DNA of 64,000 nucleotides from the NCBI GenBank assembly GCA_040002495.1, contig JBDUEK010000004.1:29342-93341 (forward strand), in the 5' to 3' direction. The notes under the pieces are model-generated. The model worked only from the letters and a program-made list of their open reading frames with translations, did no database searches and was not told the DNA's origin. Position numbers and translations under genes: made by a program. Shown one piece after another: positions 38,521 to 48,723 of the stretch. The number at the start of each line of letters is the position of its first letter. Position 1 is the first letter of the stretch. This stretch comes from Ferruginibacter sp. Its GTDB lineage: Bacteria; Bacteroidota; Bacteroidia; Chitinophagales; Chitinophagaceae.

Positions 38521-39213
38521 ATGCAAATAAAAAAATTAAACCCAAAGGCTTTCTTATTTGTATTATTTACACTGTTGATAATTTTTTCAACGTATGTTAT
38601 TATCATCAACAGAAACAACCAGGAAATGACAATAAAACAAAAAATACTAAAAGCTGTATACCCAGCCCTAATCTGGATATCAAACAAAGCTGGTAAAAAC
38701 AATTTGTCATTATCAAATGATTCAGCCACACCGCCGGTTTCATTTTATTCATTAACCACCGTGTTGAACAATGGCAAGCAATTTAATTTGAGTGAATTAA
38801 AAGGGAAAAAGATTCTGTTGGTTAATACTGCTTCCGACTGTGGGTACACCAATCAATTTGAGGATCTGGAAAAGTTATATAAACAACATCAGAGTAAACT
38901 CATTATACTCGCATTTCCCGCAAACGATTTTAAAGAGCAGGAAAAAGGAACTGACGAAAAAATCGCAACCTTCTGTAAAATAAACTTCGGTGTTACATTT
39001 CCACTAATGCAAAAAAGTGTAGTAATAAAGAAAAGCCAACAAAACGAAGTCTTTAACTGGCTGACTGATAGTAATAAAAATGGCTGGAACAGTCAGGCCC
39101 CTACCTGGAATTTCTGCAAATACCTGGTTGATGAAACCGGAAGACTAACAAATTTCTTTGCCACATCTGTCGAACCAGGAAGTAAAGAGGTTCTCGATGC
39201 TATAATCAAATAA
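38521..39213 (+). CDS. Glutathione peroxidase family protein (Cys-type) with N-terminal membrane segment
   Basis: VNTASDCGYT, FPANDF..QE, WNFCKYL; alternative start ATG at 38626. Confidence 0.93.
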   Translation: MQIKKLNPKAFLFVLFTLLIIFSTYVIIINRNNQEMTIKQKILKAVYPALIWISNKAGKNNLSLSNDSATPPVSFYSLTTVLNNGKQFNLSELKGKKILLVNTASDCGYTNQFEDLEKLYKQHQSKLIILAFPANDFKEQEKGTDEKIATFCKINFGVTFPLMQKSVVIKKSQQNEVFNWLTDSNKNGWNSQAPTWNFCKYLVDETGRLTNFFATSVEPGSKEVLDAIIK

Positions 39214-39411
39214 TTCATATATTTGAACGTTATATATAAGCTTATTTAACTATTGCTCTGTCATTTGCATAATTATACGGTTACAAGACTTTAAATTTAG
39301 TTCCTTTAAACTTGTAAGTTTTTATAACCGGCAATTAAATAGAAATTTAATCTTTAACCCAAAAAAACAAAACCATCAAGCCGTCCTTATCTCGAGGTTT
39401 TATGATTACCA

Positions 39412-39864
39412 ATGCAAAACATATTTAACCAACACGATTATCAATCAATTCTTGATCGGATTCACAAGATTTCGCCTGCATCTGAAAGGATATGGGGTGA
39501 AATGGAAGTGAACCAAATGATCGTTCATCTTAAAGATCAATTAGACATTGCCCTGGGAAATATGAAAGCAGCAGCACAAGGGCCTTTTTTTTTCAGAACA
39601 ACGCTTGTAAGATATTTGGTATTGTATGTAGTTGATTGGAGAAAGGGTAAAGAAATTACTCCTAAGGAAATGGATGCCACACTAAAAGGAGCTGTAGTTA
39701 CTGATTTTGAAAGTGATAAACATTTATTAATTATAAGGTTACAGGAATTTACAAAAGCAACTTCATTTGAAGTCCATCCTTTTTTTGGCAAACTAAATAA
39801 AAAAGATTGGGGTAGGCTTGCCTGGAAACACTTTAATCATCATTTGTTGCAATTCGACGCTTAA
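39412..39864 (+). CDS. DUF1569 / DinB-like protein
   Basis: WGEM.V.QM..H, HPFFGKL...DWG....KH..HHL.QF. Confidence 0.85.
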   Translation: MQNIFNQHDYQSILDRIHKISPASERIWGEMEVNQMIVHLKDQLDIALGNMKAAAQGPFFFRTTLVRYLVLYVVDWRKGKEITPKEMDATLKGAVVTDFESDKHLLIIRLQEFTKATSFEVHPFFGKLNKKDWGRLAWKHFNHHLLQFDA

Positions 39865-39878
39865 AAGCTAACAGATAA

Positions 39879-40391
39879 ATGCTCACTAAAACAGAAATTG
39901 AAAGGTATTTTAATGCCGAAAAAAGTGAGAGTATGCTGTTCATTTTATTAGGAATAACTGCGATTATTCTGGCACTAATATTTTTATTTTATTTCAAAAC
40001 AAATTTCTTTAAAGGGCTGGCCATTCCTTTCCTAGTTGTTGGCATACTTCACTTCTCTACGGGGTTGGTTGTTTACAATCGGTCCGATAACGTTCGCAAA
40101 AGAAATGTTTATGCATTTGATATGAATCCGGATCAGTTGCAAACAAAAGAACTACCAAGGATGCACACCGTAAAAAATAACTTCATCATCTATAGATATG
40201 CAGAAATAGCTTTGCTATTTATTGGAGCAGGAATGTTTTTTTACTACAAAGGGATCCCGGAAAAAAGATTTCTGACTGGTATTGGTTTAGCATTAGCCAT
40301 AGAAGCCACTATAACTTTAAGTGCTGATTTTATAGCTGAAAAAAGAGCTAATAACTACACCAGGCAACTGGAAGAATTTGTAAAAAAATAG
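39879..40391 (+). CDS. Hypothetical membrane protein
   Basis: 170-aa ORF with four hydrophobic helices, co-transcribed with the DUF1569 gene. Confidence 0.75.
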   Translation: MLTKTEIERYFNAEKSESMLFILLGITAIILALIFLFYFKTNFFKGLAIPFLVVGILHFSTGLVVYNRSDNVRKRNVYAFDMNPDQLQTKELPRMHTVKNNFIIYRYAEIALLFIGAGMFFYYKGIPEKRFLTGIGLALAIEATITLSADFIAEKRANNYTRQLEEFVKK

Positions 40392-40446
40392 TTGCCTATC
40401 CTGTCCTGTAACTAAGCTTCTCCCACGCTACTAATAGGGAGTCCTT

Positions 40447-41481
40447 TTAGTAACTCATTTCATCCAATTTTACTTTCCCTTTAAATGTCCAGAAAACAAA
40501 AGTTGTATACATTGCTACCAGTGGTGTTCCTATTCCTGCAATTATTAATAGGGTTTTCATGGTTTGAAGGGAGGATGCACCGTTGTTAACCGTGATACTA
40601 TTATGTACATTATTGGTAGCAAATAATAAGTTGGGAAAAACTTCTAATGCTACGGTGGCCAGCAAAGTGGCAATTGTAACAGCGGAACTAAGAAATGCCA
40701 GTCGGAACTTAGACCGTTTTAGTAACCTGGGAATATTGGCAACTGCTAAAAAAGTACTAAGCGGGAATATAAAATAAATAGGATTGCTACGAATTCTATC
40801 GCTGAGATGAGGTATATAAAGTAAGGTATATAAAGTTGATACCCCCAATGCCACCACAAAAAATATAGTAAAGTTTTTAGCCAGTATATTCAGTTTAATA
40901 TAAAGACGATCCTCCGTTTTCATAGCAAGATAAATGGCCCCATGCATCATAAAAAGCGCCAGGGTAGTTATTGCAATCATAATAGCAAATGGATTAAAAA
41001 AAGATAACCAGTTACCACTGAATTCAAATTGCGCATTTAACGGTATGCCCAACGCCACGTTACCTAACATCAACCCAAGCGATAATGCAATTACGATCGA
41101 CGAAAAAGAATAAATAATATCCCAGGTTAACCGCCATTTTATTCCTGGCTCTTTACTCCTGAATTCTATGGCAACTGCACGCCATATAAGACCAATCAGA
41201 AATATCATAAAGGGCACATAAAACGCTGAAAAGATAGCAGCATAGGCAACGGGAAAACCAGCAAATAAAACGCCACCACCAATTACCAGCCACACTTCGT
41301 TGCCATCCCAAACAGGCCCAATTGCGTTTAAAGCAATCCGGCGACTAGTTTCTTTTTTTAGAAAAAGGTGCAATGCACCAGCGCCAAGATCAAAACCATC
41401 CAGGATAGCATATCCGCTAATAACAGCTCCAAATACAAGAAACCACCAAACATTATATTCTATTCCTAATAACGTATCCAT
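40447..41481 (-). CDS. cydB: Cytochrome bd ubiquinol oxidase subunit II
   Basis: LDGFDLG, GPVWDGNEVWL, FFMMHG motifs. Confidence 0.96.
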   Translation of the reverse strand: MDTLLGIEYNVWWFLVFGAVISGYAILDGFDLGAGALHLFLKKETSRRIALNAIGPVWDGNEVWLVIGGGVLFAGFPVAYAAIFSAFYVPFMIFLIGLIWRAVAIEFRSKEPGIKWRLTWDIIYSFSSIVIALSLGLMLGNVALGIPLNAQFEFSGNWLSFFNPFAIMIAITTLALFMMHGAIYLAMKTEDRLYIKLNILAKNFTIFFVVALGVSTLYTLLYIPHLSDRIRSNPIYFIFPLSTFLAVANIPRLLKRSKFRLAFLSSAVTIATLLATVALEVFPNLLFATNNVHNSITVNNGASSLQTMKTLLIIAGIGTPLVAMYTTFVFWTFKGKVKLDEMSY

Positions 41482-41493
41482 AATCTATATGAT

Positions 41494-42873
41494 TTAACTG
41501 GCTAACAAAGGGCTTTCGTTCCGCATACCTTCTTCAATATGGTCCTTATCATCATAATCTACCGGGCCATGTTTTATCTTCCTGTTTAGCAGGTACAGAA
41601 ATAAGATAAACAACGTAATATACACAAGTGTAAAAAGCACCAGGGAAAAAATGATTTGATTAGCGGATACTGATTTTGATAAGGCATCTGAGGTTTTAAG
41701 TAATCCATAAACTACCCAGGGTTGCCGGCCCATTTCTGCAGCAAACCAACCGCATTCATTGGCAATTTGTGGCAACAAAACAGACCATACGAAAATTGTC
41801 ATCAGCCACTTATTTTCAAAAAGTTTGCCTTTCCACCATTTAAATGAAGCAAATAATGTGAGGACTATCATAAACATACCGATAGCTATCATTAAATGGT
41901 AAAACTGAAAGACAGCGTTCACTTGCTTTGGCTGTTCAGTAACTTTAAAAGCATTTAAACCTTTCACTGACTGTTTAAAATCCTGGTATAATAAAAAACT
42001 TAAACCCCCTGGTATTTTAATACCGGTCACCTTTTGTTCCCGTTGATTTACCCATCCAAAAAGATACATATCAGCTCTTGAGCTACTATCATAATGTCCC
42101 TCCAATGTGGCTAGCTTGGCAGGCTGATTTACTGCAACTCCTTCCGCACTTTTACTTCCGGCTAATAATTGTGCCAAGGCAAAAAAAGTAGCAACCACTA
42201 AAGAAATTTTAAATGCAGGCACAGCTACATCCAGAAACTTCTTTTTAAGTATATAGTATGCGTTTACACTAAGTACAAGAAATGCCCCTGCAAGTATAGC
42301 GCCTATCCAAACATGCATTAACCTTTCTACGCTTGACGGATTAAATACCATCGCCCAAAAATCAGTAACTTCTGCTCTCGCTTTCAATCCTTCACCAACT
42401 ATGTGAAAACCTGCCGGTGTTTGTTGCCAGCTATTTGCAACTACAATCCATACTGCTGAGAAAGCCGATCCTAAGAAAACCATCAGGGTAGAAAAAAAAT
42501 GTACGCCGGAGCTTACTCTGTTCCAACCAAAAAGAAGTATCCCCAAAAAACCAGATTCCAATGCAAATGCAAAAATGCCTTCTGCTGCTAATGCACTGCC
42601 AAAAATGTCACCAACATACTTCGAATAGGTAGCCCAGTTAGTTCCAAACTCAAACTCCATTATAATTCCTGTAGCCACTCCAATTCCAAAAATCAGTGCA
42701 AATATCCTGATCCAGAAACGAGTCATTTTCTCATAAATTTTCTTCCCGGTTTTAAGATAGAGGCCTTCCATAATTACCAATATCAATCCAAGTCCGATAC
42801 TCATGGGAGGATATATATAGTGAAATGCAATTGTAAAACCGAATTGTACCCTGGCTAAAACTTCTGTGTCCAT
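41494..42873 (-). CDS. cydA: Cytochrome bd ubiquinol oxidase subunit I
   Basis: FH.IYP, EFEFGTNW, ANSWQQTP, QPAKLA..EG, GW..AEMGRQPW. Confidence 0.97.
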   Translation of the reverse strand: MDTEVLARVQFGFTIAFHYIYPPMSIGLGLILVIMEGLYLKTGKKIYEKMTRFWIRIFALIFGIGVATGIIMEFEFGTNWATYSKYVGDIFGSALAAEGIFAFALESGFLGILLFGWNRVSSGVHFFSTLMVFLGSAFSAVWIVVANSWQQTPAGFHIVGEGLKARAEVTDFWAMVFNPSSVERLMHVWIGAILAGAFLVLSVNAYYILKKKFLDVAVPAFKISLVVATFFALAQLLAGSKSAEGVAVNQPAKLATLEGHYDSSSRADMYLFGWVNQREQKVTGIKIPGGLSFLLYQDFKQSVKGLNAFKVTEQPKQVNAVFQFYHLMIAIGMFMIVLTLFASFKWWKGKLFENKWLMTIFVWSVLLPQIANECGWFAAEMGRQPWVVYGLLKTSDALSKSVSANQIIFSLVLFTLVYITLFILFLYLLNRKIKHGPVDYDDKDHIEEGMRNESPLLAS

Positions 42874-43205
42874 AAGAAAAATGGTTTAGGTATAAAAAAA
42901 GCGAACAAAATTATTGTTCGCCTTTTTTATAATACGATGATGTATATGTAGAGAATGCATCTTAATATTTTGTACTGCAAAATTATTAAATCTAATGCAT
43001 AGCACCTTTAAAAAATATGATCGAAATGTAAAGTTGTTATTGAAAATGAATAGATACAGTTTTATATCCTGCATTATTACAGGCACTACTGCTGTGTTCA
43101 ATAATATTTATAAAACAACCTATCCGGAAAGTTGCATCAATAAATGAGTATCGAAAAGGGAATGGATAGAGGTTCTAAATAAGATTTATCAACCCTGGTT
43201 CTAAA

Positions 43206-43619
43206 TTAATTTATCAAATTTACGCACTGGTCAAACTGTCCTGATTTTTTTAATCGCTTCACTTTTTTAATAACTACTCTAAGTAAATTGATAAACCACT
43301 TTTGTAAAGAGTCGTAAGCCATATCCTTAATATCACCACCTATATGCCACGATTCCATTTCAAATACACGATAACCATTTTGCGTGTGTATTTCTGCACG
43401 CAAAGTGTAGCTTACTTGCTGCTCCTCAAAACGTAATTCAACTACTTTTATAGCGGATAATTTTTCCACCCCGGGAAGTGTGATTATAAAATCAACCATT
43501 GGCTTTTCCTTTTGCAGTTGTAAAGCCAGCACATTTTTTATATCAACAGTATCCTGAATTATATCTTGAATAATATTTTCGATCTTCATAAAATAATAAT
43601 TATTAGCTTTTGAATTCAA
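43206..43619 (-). CDS. Hypothetical protein
   Basis: 137-aa ORF (start may be ATG at 43589); no recognised motif; fills an otherwise empty gap. Confidence 0.6.
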   Translation of the reverse strand: MNSKANNYYFMKIENIIQDIIQDTVDIKNVLALQLQKEKPMVDFIITLPGVEKLSAIKVVELRFEEQQVSYTLRAEIHTQNGYRVFEMESWHIGGDIKDMAYDSLQKWFINLLRVVIKKVKRLKKSGQFDQCVNLIN

Positions 43620-43945
43620 TCAAAAACCATCTCACAAAAAGATACATGAACCACTGACCAGGTAAAATGCATTAGCGATTACTAAAAAAGTTATTCAGTA
43701 AATCAAGGAAGTAAGTAAGTGTGAGCCGCGATAACTATAGTTAGGTAATAAGACAGGAATATTTTTTGAAGCAGGAAGTTGCAAAAATTTAATAAATAAA
43801 TCGATCAGGAATTTCATAGGTTAGGGATTAGTAATAATAAACTATTGACAAAAGTCATTTATTTAACGCCACTAATCTTAGATAAAGTGCATAAAATCAA
43901 TAGAATATTTTCTACACTGGAGAAAACGCAATAATCAATATCAAA

Positions 43946-44752
43946 TTAATTGTTTGACTTCAACATTTCCTGCAATACGTTAATGACTCCATTATCGTCA
44001 TTACTTTTAGCAATAAATTTTGCGGCCTGTTTTACATCCGGATGTGCGTTTTCCATTGCATAGCTATATTTGGCTGAACGCATCATTTCCACATCATTCA
44101 GGTAATCTCCAAAAACCATCGTTTCGTTAAAACCGATGCCATATTTCTTTTGTAAAACCTCAATGGCCCTGCCTTTGTTCGCAAGTATATGCGATAGGTC
44201 GAGCCAGATACTACCTGATACTTTTACTTGCAAATTCCCTTGTTCTCCTTTAAAATAATTATAGCTATTCCCTTCAGAACCTGCAAGATCGCACAGTGCT
44301 ATTTTTAGAAATTCGTCATCGGTTACATGATTGAGATCATCTACAATCACATACTTATCATAATACATTTCTACATTCTTTATAAACTGCTCATTTGTAT
44401 GCTGCACATATGCTTGCTTTTTGCCACAAAGTATTGGATAAACATCAGGTATTTCTAAAGCCACTTTTAATTGCTGCATGGTAACCTCAGGATGCATTGC
44501 CTGTACCAACAATTCCTCTCCATTATAAGCTACATAACTGCCATTTTCAGCAATAAATATTACCTCATCTTTTATCGCATCAAATTTGTTAACCAGGTTA
44601 TAATATTGTCTTCCACTAGCCGCAGAAAACCACAAGCCCTTTGCTTTCATTGCATGAAACACGGGAAAGAAATCTGCACTCAATTCATGGTTGGAATTTA
44701 ATAAAGTTCCATCCATATCTGCAGCTATCAACTTTACGCTTGAAAAATCCAT
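43946..44752 (-). CDS. Cof-type HAD-IIB hydrolase
   Basis: DMDGTLL, ASGR, KGRA, FGDYLNDVEM motifs. Confidence 0.95.
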   Translation of the reverse strand: MDFSSVKLIAADMDGTLLNSNHELSADFFPVFHAMKAKGLWFSAASGRQYYNLVNKFDAIKDEVIFIAENGSYVAYNGEELLVQAMHPEVTMQQLKVALEIPDVYPILCGKKQAYVQHTNEQFIKNVEMYYDKYVIVDDLNHVTDDEFLKIALCDLAGSEGNSYNYFKGEQGNLQVKVSGSIWLDLSHILANKGRAIEVLQKKYGIGFNETMVFGDYLNDVEMMRSAKYSYAMENAHPDVKQAAKFIAKSNDDNGVINVLQEMLKSNN

Positions 44753-44855
44753 CTGACTACTTTTTAAGTTAATAACTCAATTTGAACAAAATTTGTTGTT
44801 GCTAAATTCACGAAATAAAAAAAGCCTCATTGAAAAATCAACAAGGCTTAATAAG

Positions 44856-44929
44856 TCGGGATGGCAGGATTCGAACCTGCGACCTCCTGGTCCCAAACCA
44901 GGCGCGATACCGGGCTACGCTACATCCCG
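44856..44929 (-). tRNA. tRNA-Pro (TGG)
   Basis: Cloverleaf CGGGATG...CCTGG-TTTGGGA-CCAGG...GGTTCGAATCC...CATCCCG; CCA not encoded. Confidence 0.97.
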
Positions 44930-45018
44930 AACTAAAAGAAAATATTTACCATTTAGCAGTTACTTTATTAAGTAAATGCAATTGGGAAATGGTCAATAAT
45001 AAATTATAAGAACTTTTG

Positions 45019-45107
45019 CGGAGAGAGTGGGATTCGAACCCACGGTACAGTGTTACCCGTACGACGATTTAGCAAACCGTTCCTTTCGGCCACTCAGGCA
45101 TCTCTCC
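45019..45107 (-). tRNA. tRNA-Ser (GCT)
   Basis: GGAGAGA acceptor stem, ACGGT-TTGCTAA-ATCGT anticodon arm, long variable arm, GGTTCGAATCC. Confidence 0.97.
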
Positions 45108-45303
45108 TACCTGCCCTCACTTTATTAAGGGGTTGCAAAAATACAGATCAACAACCGAATACCCAAAACAAAATGAGAAATATGCATAAATAATTTTAAA
45201 ATAAACGGAGGAGCTGAATTCAGGTACGCATTTCGTTTCACTTTAGCCATATTCATATTTGATAATAAACAGGCTGGTATTAAATTGCATCAGTTTCGGG
45301 CAT

Positions 45304-45333
45304 AAAAAAATCCAGCCCTTATAAGAACTGGAT
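45304..45333 (-). terminator. Intrinsic terminator after dnaA
   Basis: Minus strand ATCCAGTTCTTATAAGGGCTGGATTTTTTT: hairpin plus T run. Confidence 0.7.
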
Positions 45334-45358
45334 ACAAAATTATTTTTTGAAATATCTT

Positions 45359-46792
45359 TTACATGGCTGCCAATTGAACCTTTTGCTGTAGTTCAATTAC
45401 ACTCTCTTTAAACAGTGTATCGGTATCCATCAGGTCCTTAACAGTTTGACAGCTATGAATTACCGTTGTGTGATCCCGTCCGCCAAAATGCTCCCCGATT
45501 GTTTTGAGTGAATTTTTTGTAAATGCTTTAGAGAGAAACATTGTTATCTGCCTGGCCTGCACAATTTCTCTTTTCCTTGTTTTTTGTAGTAGCTTATCAT
45601 ATGGCACATCAAAGTACTCACATACCATCTTTTGAATAGCATCTATCGTTATCTCCTTACTTGAAGATTTTACAAAATTTCTAAGTACTTTTTTGGCCAA
45701 TTCAAGGTCTATTTCCCGCTTATTTAGCGAAGATTGTGCCAACAATGAAATTAATGCCCCTTCTAATTCTCTTACATTACTATTAATATTATAGGCAATG
45801 TATTTAACCACTTCTTTCGGCATCTCCAATCCATCCGTCTTCATTTTCTTCTCCAGTATTTCTATCTTAGTATCATAATCCGGCACCTGAAGGTCGGCAC
45901 TTAATCCCCAGCGAAAACGACTTAACAGACGCTCCTGTACACCTTCCAGGTCTTTTGGTGGCTTATCACTGGTAAGTATCAATTGCTTACCACTTTGATG
46001 TAAATGATTGAAGATAGAAAAGAACGCATCCTGCGACTTTTCTGCACGATTGAAAAATTGCACATCATCAATGATTAATACATCTATCAACTGATAAAAA
46101 TGTATAAAGTCATTGATGGCACCATTGCGGCCGTGATCTATAAATTGATTGATGAATTTTTCGGAACTAACATATAACACTACTTTATTACTATGAAGCC
46201 TTTTTACTTCATTGCCAATTGCCTGGGCAAGATGTGTTTTTCCTAAACCAACTCCACCATAAATAACTAATGGGTTAAAAGAAGTAGTACCAGGCTTTTC
46301 AGCTACAGTTTTACCCGCTCTTCTTGCTACCCTGTTACAATCACCTTCAATAAAACTTTCGAAAATATATGCATGGTTCAATTGTGGATCTATCTGCATC
46401 TTTTTAAGACCAGGAATCACAAACGGATTTTTAACCGGATTATTTATGACTAGCGGGAAATCCATTTCATTGTTTGAGTATGATTTAAAACCATGACCGG
46501 GAACATCCATTGTAAGCGGCTTATTTTTACTATTGCCACTGTCTACCATTATCCTGTATTCTAATCTTGCATCTTTACCTAATTCTCTTTTTAATGTTTT
46601 TGCAAGTAAGCTGATGTAATGTTCTTCAAGATACTCAAAAAAAAACTGACTAGGTACCTGTATTGTTAAAATTTTATCTTTTAAGGAAACGGGCTTAATA
46701 GGTTCGAACCATGTTTTGAAGTGCTGCCACTCAACGATGTCTTTGATGATCTCTAAACAATTGGCCCACACTTTATCAAAAACTTTATCCAT
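45359..46792 (-). CDS. dnaA: Chromosomal replication initiator DnaA
   Basis: FNPLVIYGGVGLGKTHL, IDDVQF, SRFRWGL, VRELEGAL, GGRDHTTVIH. Confidence 0.98.
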   Translation of the reverse strand: MDKVFDKVWANCLEIIKDIVEWQHFKTWFEPIKPVSLKDKILTIQVPSQFFFEYLEEHYISLLAKTLKRELGKDARLEYRIMVDSGNSKNKPLTMDVPGHGFKSYSNNEMDFPLVINNPVKNPFVIPGLKKMQIDPQLNHAYIFESFIEGDCNRVARRAGKTVAEKPGTTSFNPLVIYGGVGLGKTHLAQAIGNEVKRLHSNKVVLYVSSEKFINQFIDHGRNGAINDFIHFYQLIDVLIIDDVQFFNRAEKSQDAFFSIFNHLHQSGKQLILTSDKPPKDLEGVQERLLSRFRWGLSADLQVPDYDTKIEILEKKMKTDGLEMPKEVVKYIAYNINSNVRELEGALISLLAQSSLNKREIDLELAKKVLRNFVKSSSKEITIDAIQKMVCEYFDVPYDKLLQKTRKREIVQARQITMFLSKAFTKNSLKTIGEHFGGRDHTTVIHSCQTVKDLMDTDTLFKESVIELQQKVQLAAM

Positions 46793-46925
46793 TATACCTG
46801 AAGCAATTTATATATTGAGTAATATTATTTTATGAAATTTAGCAAAAAAATCTTCCTTAAAGCGCCGACAAACATTTTTGAGAAAGACAGCGAATATCAA
46901 AATAAATTATCGAAAAAAAAATTTT

Positions 46926-47867
46926 TTATTCACTTGTTTTTTTACCTACAACCACAGTATGGGACTTTGTCAAATTATTATTTTTCATTTTAGAAAACTC
47001 AAAATCCAGCCGTCCCAACACAATGCCCGCCCAGCCTACCTGATTCACTAAAACATCGTTCCCCAATTTATTTTTTAATAACGTTGGCTCATCTAAAAAG
47101 GTATGTGTGTGCCCCCCAATAATTAAATCAATATGTTCAGTTTCTTTTGCAAGTACTATGTCACTTACTTTTACCTCATCTTCTTTGTATTTATATCCCA
47201 AATGACTGAGACATATCACCATGTCGCAACCTTTATTTTTTTTGAGATCAGCAGCAACCAAGTTTACATTTATAATTGGGTCAAGATATTTAGTATTACC
47301 TGCTAAATTATCAGGTACCAGTCCTTTCATTTCAATTCCAATACCTGTTATTCCAATTTTTAATTTTCCCTTTTTTATTATTTTATAAGGTTGATATTTT
47401 CCTTCCATTGGTGTACCAGTAAAATCATAGTTGCACAATAGTACAGGAAAATTTGCCAGCTGTAATTGCGTAGCAAAATTTTCGAGCCCTGCATCAAAAT
47501 CATGATTACCCATTGTAACTGCATCATAATTCATTGCAGCCATTGCTTTCATTTCAGGCTCACCTTTATATACATTAAAAAATGGAGTGCCTTGAAAAAT
47601 GTCTCCTGCATCCAATAACAACACATGTTCTTCCTCACTCCTTATCTGCTTAATTAATTCAGCCCTTGCAGCAACACCACCAAGTCCCTGGTTTCTGCTA
47701 CCATCCATCGGAAATGCTTCGAGCCTGCTATGAACATCATTGGTGTGTAGTATCGTTAACTTTTTAATATCCGACTCACCACTATATTCAGCCAGCAATG
47801 TATTAGATGCCAACAACCCACCGGTAGCGAGTAGTGATTGAGCTAAAAATTTTCTTCTAGTCTGCAT
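46926..47867 (-). CDS. 5'-nucleotidase metallophosphoesterase half, Tat-exported
   Basis: TRRKFL signal (ATG at 47867), HTNDVHS, DAGD, GNHDFD, SHLG, GGHTH. Confidence 0.93.
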   Translation of the reverse strand: MQTRRKFLAQSLLATGGLLASNTLLAEYSGESDIKKLTILHTNDVHSRLEAFPMDGSRNQGLGGVAARAELIKQIRSEEEHVLLLDAGDIFQGTPFFNVYKGEPEMKAMAAMNYDAVTMGNHDFDAGLENFATQLQLANFPVLLCNYDFTGTPMEGKYQPYKIIKKGKLKIGITGIGIEMKGLVPDNLAGNTKYLDPIINVNLVAADLKKNKGCDMVICLSHLGYKYKEDEVKVSDIVLAKETEHIDLIIGGHTHTFLDEPTLLKNKLGNDVLVNQVGWAGIVLGRLDFEFSKMKNNNLTKSHTVVVGKKTSE

Positions 47868-48606
47868 TCGTAACTCTATTTTCAATTTGAGACATAATTT
47901 TTTTCCCTTCCTGCTGAAATTTTGAGAAATAGTTAATCACAGCATCTCTTAATAAGTAACCATTGTTTTGTTGTGGAATATCTTTTAACATCACACAATC
48001 ATCTCCCCCATTTGCTACATAATCCAGTAATGCAATTGTGTACTCCTTGTTACTTTCAATTGCCATGCCACCAATTAAAACATTGTTGGCCCTTTTATTT
48101 TTTATCTGAAATGCAACCCCTGCACATGGCCAGCCACCTCTTGTTGCGATATGATCTAAAAACTGTTGCAATAATTCCCCCTTCATTTTTAGTAGTACAA
48201 TTATATTATCAAATGGAGCTACTTCAAAAATTTTGCCCCTGGTAACATTACCTGCTGCTATTGTATTTAATCTTATGCCTCCATAGTTTACAAAAGAAGC
48301 ATCTATGGCAGTATTGTATTTTTCCTTAGCAACAAAAAGCATGGCATCAGCCAACACATTATTTAAAGTGCCTTCCGGTTGTTTTTTTTCAAGATTCATG
48401 CCCGCAATTGCTACCACATCATTCATCGTTTTATTTACACTATCCGCATATGGTTTCAGCAACGAGTCGAGACTTGAATTAGTTGTTTGTTTGGGGGTAA
48501 TACGATAATCCAGATATTGGACAGCTGCAGGTTGATAAGTAGTTTTGCAAGCTGAAAGAAAAAAAAATAATGATAAGTACGTTATTAAAATAGAACTTCT
48601 TTGCAT
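47857..48606 (-). CDS. 5'-nucleotidase C-terminal (substrate-binding) domain lipoprotein
   Basis: Lipobox LSAC, NYGGIR, PFDN, DYVANGGD. Confidence 0.9.
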   Translation of the reverse strand: MQRSSILITYLSLFFFLSACKTTYQPAAVQYLDYRITPKQTTNSSLDSLLKPYADSVNKTMNDVVAIAGMNLEKKQPEGTLNNVLADAMLFVAKEKYNTAIDASFVNYGGIRLNTIAAGNVTRGKIFEVAPFDNIIVLLKMKGELLQQFLDHIATRGGWPCAGVAFQIKNKRANNVLIGGMAIESNKEYTIALLDYVANGGDDCVMLKDIPQQNNGYLLRDAVINYFSKFQQEGKKIMSQIENRVTNAD

Positions 48607-48723
48607 TAGGAGAGGTAAAGTTTATGCGAAGGAAGGTAGCTATTTTTTTTATATGAAACAGAAAACCCAGCTTAAATATTTTTTCGTTAAATAAGTTTAC
48701 TTTCGTTGAATAAAATTTAAAAA

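Noticed and set aside
38521-39213. Selenocysteine glutathione peroxidase
   Set aside because: The active-site codon is Cys (TGT) with no in-frame TGA.
42886-43101. 71-aa ORF upstream of cydA as a cydX-like subunit
   Set aside because: Overlaps the cydA promoter region, has no convincing single TM helix, and is too long for CydX.
43206-45107. Genomic island integrated at tRNA-Pro/Ser
   Set aside because: No integrase, and I found no duplicated tRNA 3' end in the window.
46793-46925. oriC next to dnaA
   Set aside because: AT-rich but I see no cluster of TTATNCACA boxes on either side of dnaA.
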